From an uncultured Acidobacteriota bacterium (GTDB lineage Bacteria; Acidobacteriota; Holophagae; Holophagales; Holophagaceae): 64,000 bases of DNA. Shown here piece after piece: positions 1 through 9,116 of the stretch. Position 1 is the stretch's first letter; every line of letters starts with the position of its first letter. Both the position numbers and the translations under genes were made by a program. The notes below the pieces were generated by a model. That model worked only from the letters and a program-made list of their open reading frames with translations, had not been told where the DNA came from and made no database searches. Location of the stretch: assembly GCA_963740385.1 (NCBI GenBank), contig CAVUDX010000008.1, forward strand, positions 172,055-236,054, given 5' to 3'.

Positions 1-707
1 TAGCGGTGGTCGAGCAGCTGTGCAAGGGCGGCGGCCACCCGGATGTCGGTGTCCATGCGGTCCCAGTCGTCGAGCACCAGGAGGGGGGGATCCTGCAGGG
101 GCTCGATGAGGTCCCGTACGCTCTGAAAGCCCCGGTTCTGGAAGCTGCGCACGTCGTAGTAGGTGTCCTTGATGGCCTGACTGAGGGAGCGGACGGACAC
201 GAAGCGACCCGGCCTGCTCTGGCGTTCGGTCCAGGCCCTGAGGGCCGCTGCCGCGAGGGTGCTGCGGCCGCTCTGGGCGGGGCCGTATATCCACCAGAGC
301 TCCCAGCCGTGGCGGAATCGGTGCTTCCCGGTGGTCGCCCACTGGGCCAGCCCTTCGGCGCCCGCCGGGCGGATGCCATGCTCGGGGCGCTTGCGCAGAG
401 CCTGGAGGAGCTTCACCAGGTCCTCGCGGCCCTCCAGCTCGCCCACTTCCTCCAGCGGTCGGGCCAGCAGCTCCTCCAATTCCGGGGCCCGGTCGAGCAG
501 GGCCCGGACGCCGTGGGCCTGTGAGTTGTTCCACCACTTCCAGAACCGCGCGAAGTCCGCCTCCCGGTAGCGGGTGGGCAGGCCCAGGGTCGCTGCGTCC
601 GGGGCCAGCTCTTCCGTGCAGCCGCAGACCCACACCGGCTTCTGGGGATCCGGGTCGATGACGAGGCCCCGCCCTTCGCACCGCGGACAATCCGGACGGC
701 CCTTCAT
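1..707 (-). CDS. DnaC/IstB-like P-loop ATPase with N-terminal Cys cluster (3'-partial, runs off the window)
   Basis: Manual translation, absent from the ORF track: MKGRPDCPRCEGRG...VWVCGC...LPTRYREADF...IYGPAQSGRSTLA...LLVLDDWD. ATG at 707 overlaps the sigma stop (ATGA). Confidence 0.7.
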   Translation of the reverse strand, partial: MKGRPDCPRCEGRGLVIDPDPQKPVWVCGCTEELAPDAATLGLPTRYREADFARFWKWWNNSQAHGVRALLDRAPELEELLARPLEEVGELEGREDLVKLLQALRKRPEHGIRPAGAEGLAQWATTGKHRFRHGWELWWIYGPAQSGRSTLAAAALRAWTERQSRPGRFVSVRSLSQAIKDTYYDVRSFQNRGFQSVRDLIEPLQDPPLLVLDDWDRMDTDIRVAAALAQLLDHR

Positions 708-1570
708 GGTCCGTCCCCCCCGCGCAGGAAGCCCCCCAGCACCTCGCGGCGCCGCTCGCGGATGCGGGCGAAGGCACGCTCCTCCAGCTGCCGCACCCGC
801 TCCCGCGAGATGGGCGGGTCGAAGCGCTTGCCGATCTGTTCCAGGGTGAGTGGGTCTTCCCCCCCGATGCCGAAGTGCAGCGAGATGATGGTGCGCTCCT
901 TCTCGCTCAAGGAGGCCAGGCTCTCCTCGATCTGCTCCAGGAAGGCTTCCTGGTCCAGGGTGTGCATGGCGGAAGGCTCCACCTCCTGCTCCAGGCTGTC
1001 GCCCACGGTGAGGTCCGAATCGCCGAGCCCCTGCTCGGTGGACACGGTAGAAGTGGTCTGCTGAAGCAGCTGGTAGCGCTCCACATCCTCAACACTGAGG
1101 TTGGCCGCCGTGGCGATCTCCTGCAGCAGGGGCGTGCGACCCAGGGCCTGGCTCAGCTTCTGGGTCACCCGATTCAGTTGGACCAGGTGGCCTGCCACCT
1201 TCTGGGGCAGGCGGATCTTGTTCCCGTGCTCCGCCAGGGCATGAAAAATGGCCTGACGCACCCACCAGGAAGCATAGGTGAGGAACTTGTTCAGGCGCTC
1301 CGGGTCGAAGCGCTTGGCGGCCTCGATCAGGCCCAGGTTGCCCTCGCTGATGAGGTCCAGCAGGTCGAGCCCCATGCCCTCAAACTTTCGGGCCTCCTTG
1401 ACCACGAACCTCAGGTTGCCTTCCACCAGCTTGCGCAGGCCCTCCGGGTTGCGGTCGTTCTGCCACATGCGCCCGTAGAAGCGCTCCTCCTCCGCCGTCA
1501 ACAGCGGGAGGTGGCGGATCGAGTCGAAGTATTTGTCGAGCGAGCGCTCTTCGAGATGCCGGAGGGGCAC
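704..1570 (-). CDS. RNA polymerase sigma-70 family factor (RpoD/RpoS/RpoH-like, no region 1.1)
   Basis: LVEGNLRFVV, DLISEGNLGLIEAAKRFDP, FLTYASWW, ISRERVRQLE. Confidence 0.92.
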   Translation of the reverse strand: MPLRHLEERSLDKYFDSIRHLPLLTAEEERFYGRMWQNDRNPEGLRKLVEGNLRFVVKEARKFEGMGLDLLDLISEGNLGLIEAAKRFDPERLNKFLTYASWWVRQAIFHALAEHGNKIRLPQKVAGHLVQLNRVTQKLSQALGRTPLLQEIATAANLSVEDVERYQLLQQTTSTVSTEQGLGDSDLTVGDSLEQEVEPSAMHTLDQEAFLEQIEESLASLSEKERTIISLHFGIGGEDPLTLEQIGKRFDPPISRERVRQLEERAFARIRERRREVLGGFLRGGDGP

Positions 1571-1659
1571 GGTTCACCTTGGGGGCAGGTGTGGATCACC
1601 GCAGGGGGAACGACCAGCATAGCAAGCGATCCCGGCCCTCCGGCCAAGTCTCCTGTGGC

Positions 1660-2034
1660 TCAGCGCTTGCGCAGTCCATGCGGCGTGAGTTTCACGAGGC
1701 CCGTCGCAGAGGTGGGCCGCGGCACGTCCTTGACCCCCGCTGCCTCCAGGGCCTGAGTGAGTCGCTCCAGGTCCTCCTGCAGGTGGTTGAGCCGATCCCG
1801 CATCCCCAGCACCACTTCCACACCGGCGAGGTTGACGCCCAGGTCGCGGGTGAGGTTGAGGATGAACTCCAGCCGCTCAAGGTCCTCGTCGCTGTAGAGG
1901 CGGGTCTTCCCTTCGGTGCGGCTGGGCGCGAGCAGACCTTCCCGCTCATAGAGCCGCAGGGTCTGGGGGTGCACGCTGTAGCGCATGGACACCACCCCAA
2001 TCATGTAGGCGCCCATCCTCGGGTCTTTAGCCAT
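1660..2034 (-). CDS. hspR: MerR-family heat-shock repressor HspR
   Basis: IGVV...[28 protein letters not shown]...[12 protein letters not shown]; overlaps the dnaJ stop. Confidence 0.88.
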   Translation of the reverse strand: MAKDPRMGAYMIGVVSMRYSVHPQTLRLYEREGLLAPSRTEGKTRLYSDEDLERLEFILNLTRDLGVNLAGVEVVLGMRDRLNHLQEDLERLTQALEAAGVKDVPRPTSATGLVKLTPHGLRKR

Positions 2035-3094
2035 GGTGATCACCCCGCTGTTTGCGCACGGCCTCGTCGTTCAGCTCCGCCAACTCGCGCAGCAGCTCCT
2101 TGCTGCGCTCGTCCTGCACGGTGGGGGTCACCACGGACACCTCGGCAATGAGGTCGCCCCTCTGGCTGCCGCGCGGAATGGGCATGCCCTGACCCTTCAG
2201 CCGCAGCCGCGCGCCTGTCTGGGTTCCCGGCGGCACCTTGATGGTCTGCTGGCCCTCGGGGGTGGGGACGTCCACCTTCGCGCCCAGGGCAGCTTCCGTG
2301 AAACTGACGGGCAGCTTCACGTAGAGGTTTGGCCCCTTGCGCTCGAACCGCGTGTCCTGCTCCATGCTGATCTGCAGGAAGAGGTCACCGGGACCGCCTC
2401 CCCGTCGCCCGGCTTCGCCCTTCCCGGCAACCCGCAGCTTGGCGCCATCCTCTACGCCGGCCGGGATGGCGATGGTAACCGTCTCCTGGCGGCTGTGCCG
2501 TCCGGCGCCGCCACAGTCGGGGCAGGCGGGGGCCTTGGTACCGCGGCCACCGCACTCCGGGCAGGTGCGGCCGAAGGAGAGGAAGCCCGAGCCCCCGCCC
2601 ACCTTGCCCTTCCCCTGACAAGTACGACAGGTCTCTTGCTTCCGGTTGGATTCGCCCGTGCCCCGGCAGGCCAGGCATGGCTCCGAGCGATTCACCCGAA
2701 GGTTCAGCCGCGTGCCCTCGAAGGCCTCCCGGAAGCGGAGACGCACGGAGTGGATGAGGTCCTCGCCCCGCTCCGGGCCGTGCCGCATCGGTCGCCCACC
2801 GAAGCCGGCGAAGATGTCTTCGAAGCCGAAGCCAGCCCCTTGCTGGAATCCCGGTGGGATCTGCGCGCCGGGCCCGCTGGGATCACCGTAGGTGTCATAG
2901 TTCTTCCGCTTCTCGGGATCTGACAGCACCTCGTTGGCTTCCGTCAGCTTCTTGAACTCCCCCTCCGCCTTGACATCGCCGGGGTTCAGATCCGGGTGGT
3001 GCTTCCGCGCCAGCTTTCGGTACGCCTTCTTGATGTCCTCTTCCGAGGCCGACTTGGGCACGCCCAGGATCTTGTAGTAGTCGGGGTGGGACAT
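2027..3094 (-). CDS. dnaJ: Chaperone DnaJ
   Basis: J domain with HPD, four CxxCxGxG repeats, C-terminal domain. Confidence 0.95.
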   Translation of the reverse strand: MSHPDYYKILGVPKSASEEDIKKAYRKLARKHHPDLNPGDVKAEGEFKKLTEANEVLSDPEKRKNYDTYGDPSGPGAQIPPGFQQGAGFGFEDIFAGFGGRPMRHGPERGEDLIHSVRLRFREAFEGTRLNLRVNRSEPCLACRGTGESNRKQETCRTCQGKGKVGGGSGFLSFGRTCPECGGRGTKAPACPDCGGAGRHSRQETVTIAIPAGVEDGAKLRVAGKGEAGRRGGGPGDLFLQISMEQDTRFERKGPNLYVKLPVSFTEAALGAKVDVPTPEGQQTIKVPPGTQTGARLRLKGQGMPIPRGSQRGDLIAEVSVVTPTVQDERSKELLRELAELNDEAVRKQRGDHHG

Positions 3095-3097
3095 AGG

Positions 3098-3116
3098 TTT
3101 AGTCTATGGCACTAAG
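3098..3116. promoter_or_regulatory. HAIR-like HspR operator overlapping the -10 (TAGACT) of a leaderless dnaJ-hspR promoter
   Basis: TTTAGT-ctatggc-ACTAAG = TTAGT-N7-ACTAA, same spacing as HAIR CTTGAGT-N7-ACTCAAG; minus-strand TAGACT lies 6 nt before the dnaJ ATG. Confidence 0.65.
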
Positions 3117-3151
3117 ATTTCGTTCGTGGTGGAAAATCTGAACTGAGGTGG

Positions 3152-3184
3152 AAAAGAAGAGGCCCGGCTTGGCCGGGCCTCTTC
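3152..3184 (-). terminator. Intrinsic terminator after dnaK
   Basis: gaagaggcccggc-ttg-gccgggcctcttc stem followed by a T-run on the minus strand. Confidence 0.8.
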
Positions 3185-3230
3185 GCTGGGGCCCGGGGGT
3201 AGGCGCGCTGCGCGGAACCCCCGGGCAGAC

Positions 3231-5120
<1,890 letters not shown>

Positions 5121-5172
5121 GGAAGCTCCTCATATGGACCCAGGTCGGGAGTAACCCACCTTGGCTCTCTTG

Positions 5173-5200
5173 AGCATAAGGGGTCTATGGGTCATGTCAA
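5173..5200 (-). promoter_or_regulatory. Sigma70-type dnaK promoter
   Basis: Minus strand TTGACA-16 nt-TATGCT; HAIR half-site-like GCTCAAG overlaps the -10. Confidence 0.6.
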
Positions 5201-5273
5201 GCCAATCTTCATTTTTTGACTCATATTTTCTTCGTTAATCAACCATAATCCCACTGGCGTTATGCTGAGCGGC

Positions 5274-5459
5274 ATGGTCCTACGCCCCTGCCCCACCTGC
5301 CGCAAGCCCACCCCCTGGGAGGGCAATGCCTTCAAGCCCTTCTGCTCGGAGCGCTGCCAGGTCCAGGACCTGGGGGCTTGGGCCAGCGAGAGCTACCGCG
5401 TCCCCGAGAAGCCCTCCGAAGAGGATGGCGAGGGGTGGACCGACGTGCTTCCTGACTAG
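5274..5459 (+). CDS. yacG: DNA gyrase inhibitor YacG
   Basis: CPTC...PFCSERCQVQDLGAWASESY. Confidence 0.88.
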   Translation: MVLRPCPTCRKPTPWEGNAFKPFCSERCQVQDLGAWASESYRVPEKPSEEDGEGWTDVLPD

Positions 5460-6410
5460 CTACTTCGCCTGGTGCACCTTCTTCACCATGTACCGGGGCC
5501 GGTCCCGCACTTCCTGGTAGATGCGGCCGATGTACTCGCCCAGCAGGCCGAAGGCGATGAACTGGCAACCCACGAAGAAGAAGAGGATGGCGAACAGGGT
5601 GAACACGCCCTCGGCGGTGCCTTCTGGATGCACGAACCGGTAGAGCACCAGACCAAGAAAGAGCAGGAAGCCCACCCCGGCGGTGATGACCCCAAAGACG
5701 CTGAGCATCTGCAAGGGCAGCAGGCTGAAGCTGGTGAGCAGGTCGAACTGCAGGTTGATCAGCTTCCACAGGCCGTACTTGCTTTCCCCGGCGGCCCGCT
5801 CGGCATGGGCCACGGGCACTTCGGTGATGCGTTTGGCGAAGCTGTTGGCCAGGGCGGGGATGAAGCTCGACCGCTCTTTGCAGAGCAGCATGGCGTTTAC
5901 GACATCCCGGCTGTAGGCGCGCAGCATGCAGCCGTAGTCATGCAGCTTCACACCGGTGGTCTTGCGGGTGACGGCGTTGACGATCTTGCTGGGCATGGTG
6001 CGGAAGAAGCTGTCGTTCTCCTGGCGGCCCTGCCGCCAGCCTCCCACCACGTCGTAGCCTTCTTCCACCTTGGCCACCAGCTTGGGGATTTCTTCCGGGG
6101 GGTTCTGGAGGTCGGCGTCGAGGGTGACCACCACCTGCCCCTGCACTTCGGCGAAGGCCCCGAAGATGGCGCTGTGCTGCCCGTAGTTCCGGTTGAATTC
6201 CACGATCTTGACCCGGGGCTCGGCCTTGGCGAGGTCCACCAGCATGGCGAGGCTGCGATCCCGGCTGCCATCGTCCGTGAAGATCACCTCCCAGGGCTTG
6301 CCCGGATCGGCGAAATGGGTGGCCAGCACCCGGGACAGGCGGTCCCAGAGGGCGGGGATGTTCTCTTCTTCGTTGTAGATGGGAATGACAATGCTGAGAT
6401 ACGGGTCCAT
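5460..6410 (-). CDS. GT2 polyprenol-phosphate glycosyltransferase (ArnC/GtrB-like)
   Basis: SIVIPIYNE, DDGSRD, RNYGQHSA, LDADLQNPPEEI, two C-terminal TM helices. Confidence 0.9.
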   Translation of the reverse strand: MDPYLSIVIPIYNEEENIPALWDRLSRVLATHFADPGKPWEVIFTDDGSRDRSLAMLVDLAKAEPRVKIVEFNRNYGQHSAIFGAFAEVQGQVVVTLDADLQNPPEEIPKLVAKVEEGYDVVGGWRQGRQENDSFFRTMPSKIVNAVTRKTTGVKLHDYGCMLRAYSRDVVNAMLLCKERSSFIPALANSFAKRITEVPVAHAERAAGESKYGLWKLINLQFDLLTSFSLLPLQMLSVFGVITAGVGFLLFLGLVLYRFVHPEGTAEGVFTLFAILFFFVGCQFIAFGLLGEYIGRIYQEVRDRPRYMVKKVHQAK

Positions 6411-6463
6411 GGACGCTCCGGGTCTCCCATTCTAGTAGGATCAACAGGTCTCCGGAGTGACCC

Positions 6464-7183
6464 ATGGCCGACCCCAAGATCCTGCTGGTGGAAGACGAGC
6501 TCAGCCTCGCCGAGGGGATCAAACTAAACCTCGAGCTGGAGGGGCTGGCCTGCACCTGGATTCCCCGGGGTGATCAGGCCCTGAAACAGATCCTGGCCGA
6601 GACCTTCGACCTGGTCATCCTGGACGTCATGCTGCCGGGCATGGACGGCTTCACCATCTGTGAGAAGGTCCGGGAGGCCAAGAATTTCACGCCCATCCTC
6701 TTCCTCACCGCCAAGAATACGGACGACGACCGGATGCACGGGTTCGAGACCGGGGCTGACGACTACCTGGGCAAGCCCTTCCAGGTGCGGGAGCTGCTGC
6801 TCCGCGTGCGCGCCATCCTGCGGCGGGAGGCCTGGTACCGTGGCCGCGAGATCAACAGCCGCCAGGCCTTCGGCACCTACTGGGTGGATTTCGACAACTT
6901 CTGCGGCGAGGGCCCCACTGGCCCGTTCCAGCTGGGCGTGAAGGAATCCATGATCCTCAAGCTGCTCATGGAGCGGCCGGGCCAGGTGGTCAGCCGCACG
7001 GACATCCTCGACAAGGTGTGGGGCGAAGACGCCTATCCCACCAGCCGCACCGTGGACAACTTTATCGTGCGCATTCGCCGGGTGATGGAGGACGACCCCC
7101 ACCATCCCCGCTGGGTCCACACCATCCGCAGCGTGGGCTACCAGTTCGATCCGGAGGGCAAGCAGCGCAAGGGCGAGGAGTGA
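6464..7183 (+). CDS. OmpR-family response regulator
   Basis: LVEDE, LDVMLPG, DDYLGKPF, winged helix HTIRSVGY. Confidence 0.93.
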   Translation: MADPKILLVEDELSLAEGIKLNLELEGLACTWIPRGDQALKQILAETFDLVILDVMLPGMDGFTICEKVREAKNFTPILFLTAKNTDDDRMHGFETGADDYLGKPFQVRELLLRVRAILRREAWYRGREINSRQAFGTYWVDFDNFCGEGPTGPFQLGVKESMILKLLMERPGQVVSRTDILDKVWGEDAYPTSRTVDNFIVRIRRVMEDDPHHPRWVHTIRSVGYQFDPEGKQRKGEE

Positions 7184-7280
7184 CCCTCCATTGACGACCG
7201 CCAGGTTTGAACCTTTGGGAACCTGGCCTCACTGATGGGTGTCCTTGTCCACCGACCCCGGTGGCCCTTTTGGAGACGCC

Positions 7281-7853
7281 ATGTCACGCGCAATCCGTTC
7301 GGTCGCTCTGTCTGCGGCCGCGCTCGTCCTCGGTTCAGGTTCTGCCAAGGCCGAGGAGCCCAGGTACGGTTTCCAGCTCCATGCCAGCCTCCCCACCGGA
7401 GACCTGAAAAACGCCGTCGACAACAAGCCTGGTGCGGGGTTGGGCGCCCACGTCACCTTCGACCTGGGTGGGGGGCATGTCCTCCGGCCAAGGGTCGATG
7501 CAGTGTTCTTCCCTGAGGGGGCTTTCAATGGATTCAAAACCAAGGCCCACGAGCTCAGTCTGGGTGGGGACTATCTGTACTTTCCCGGAGGAAAGCCTGC
7601 CGGGCTCTACCTGACCGCGGGAGTGGGGCTGCACCGCTGGACCGTGGACACCACAACGCCCGCCGTCGGCTCCACGCCCGGTACCTCGGGAACCCAGTCC
7701 TCCACCCGGTTTGGATACGCGGCGGGAGTCGGCTTCAACTTCAACCCCTCGGTGGGCGCCGAACTGCGCTACGTCAGCACCCACTATGCCAACCAAACCG
7801 CCTGGGATCCCAGCGCCAATGCCATCCAGGTCGGCGTGACCTACCGGTTCTGA
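7281..7853 (+). CDS. Outer-membrane beta-barrel protein
   Basis: Signal peptide, alternating beta strands, C-terminal VGVTYRF. Confidence 0.8.
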   Translation: MSRAIRSVALSAAALVLGSGSAKAEEPRYGFQLHASLPTGDLKNAVDNKPGAGLGAHVTFDLGGGHVLRPRVDAVFFPEGAFNGFKTKAHELSLGGDYLYFPGGKPAGLYLTAGVGLHRWTVDTTTPAVGSTPGTSGTQSSTRFGYAAGVGFNFNPSVGAELRYVSTHYANQTAWDPSANAIQVGVTYRF

Positions 7854-7880
7854 ACCGATCCGGGAACGCTGAACATAAAG

Positions 7881-7908
7881 GAAGCGGGGCGCCTCGGCGC
7901 CCCGCTTC
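7881..7908. terminator. Hairpin terminator between convergent genes
   Basis: gaagcggggcgcc-tc-ggcgccccgcttc. Confidence 0.7.
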
Positions 7909-7923
7909 GGCCTGCAGCAACGC

Positions 7924-9060
7924 CTATTTGACTGTGAGCTCGCGGCTGCGGCCCAGCAGCTCGAAGGTGGCCATCTGGGTGGCGAGGTCGGCCGGGGCCG
8001 GCCCCAGCTTCACTTCAGCGAGGATGACCCGCTTCTCCTCGCCCTTGCTGAACTTGCTGTCGCCAAGCACCGGCTCCAGGGCAGGCAGCAGCGTCAGTTC
8101 GCCGGCGGGGCCCTCGGGGGCCTTGCCGGTGGCGATGTCCCCCGCATGGGCCATCAGGCCGGTGCCGGGTGTGGCGCCCAGCCGACGCAGGTCGAGCCAG
8201 CCGAAGCCAGGGTCGCGCAGCAGGTCGAGGTCATCCTTGTCCAGCCAGGCGGCGAGGTCCGCCAGGGCCTTGGTCTGTATGGGATCGGGCAGGCGGCGGG
8301 TCTTCTTCTCACCCTTGACCTCCACCTCCTGCGGGGTGTTCTCGATCCAGGCCTGGGCCCGCTTCACCCATAGCCCAGTGATGGCCTTCTGGTCCGAGAA
8401 GCCATCCGGGGCCTTGGGCCCCTTCTTTGTCTTGGCCTTCTTGCCCTTGGCGGGAGGCTCTGGTTCCGCCCAGCTGGGGGCCGCCGCATCCACCTTCGGG
8501 TCCAGCAGCAGGCCCTTCAGCTTGAGCAGTCGCGATTCCAGGCCCTTGGGGCCGGCCTTGGCCATGGCGCGGGTCGCGTCCCGCAGATCCTTCCAGGTGG
8601 TCGCGAGGAGCAGCTTCTTGCCCTCCGCATCGTAGAGCCCATGCTGGGACCGCAGCGCGGCGAGGTAGGCGTCCACCGCCGTGAGTACCGCCTGTTGCTT
8701 GGCGGGCAGGAACAGCTTGGCGTCCTGGAAGGCCTTGAGGGCCTCCCGGACTTCGATCACCCGGGGGTGGCTGCGATAGAGCCCCAGCTCGTGGGCCGAG
8801 AGGGCGGCGCGCTGCAGGGTGTAGGCCAGCTTGCGCTGGCTGGGGCGGAGCTGATCAAAGGGGGTGGCCGCGGGCGCTGGCTTTTCCTCAGGAGGTGCCG
8901 CCACAGGGGCGGGGGCCACGGGAACCGCTTCGACAGCGGGCGCCTGGGGCTTGGTTTCCACCGCAGGTGCCGGAGCGGGCGCAGGCGGCGGTTCGGGAGG
9001 GGGCGTCTGGGCCAGAAGGCCCGAGGCCAGAAGGGTGGCCAAAACCCAGCGTCGCTGCAT
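7924..9060 (-). CDS. Exported protein resembling dipeptidyl-peptidase III (M49) without the catalytic motif
   Basis: Signal peptide and Pro/Ala linker; FDQLxxxQRKLAYxLxRAAL, WVKRAQAWIEN..QTKALADL resemble DPP-III segments; no HExxGH. Confidence 0.5.
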   Translation of the reverse strand: MQRRWVLATLLASGLLAQTPPPEPPPAPAPAPAVETKPQAPAVEAVPVAPAPVAAPPEEKPAPAATPFDQLRPSQRKLAYTLQRAALSAHELGLYRSHPRVIEVREALKAFQDAKLFLPAKQQAVLTAVDAYLAALRSQHGLYDAEGKKLLLATTWKDLRDATRAMAKAGPKGLESRLLKLKGLLLDPKVDAAAPSWAEPEPPAKGKKAKTKKGPKAPDGFSDQKAITGLWVKRAQAWIENTPQEVEVKGEKKTRRLPDPIQTKALADLAAWLDKDDLDLLRDPGFGWLDLRRLGATPGTGLMAHAGDIATGKAPEGPAGELTLLPALEPVLGDSKFSKGEEKRVILAEVKLGPAPADLATQMATFELLGRSRELTVK

Positions 9061-9116
9061 GGATGACTCCTAGGTGAAGTGCTGTGGAAGCCCCCATTAT
9101 GCCGCAGGGGACAACC

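Noticed and set aside
1-707. IS21 IstB transposition helper
   Set aside because: No istA upstream, no terminal repeats seen, and the gene is coupled to a sigma factor.
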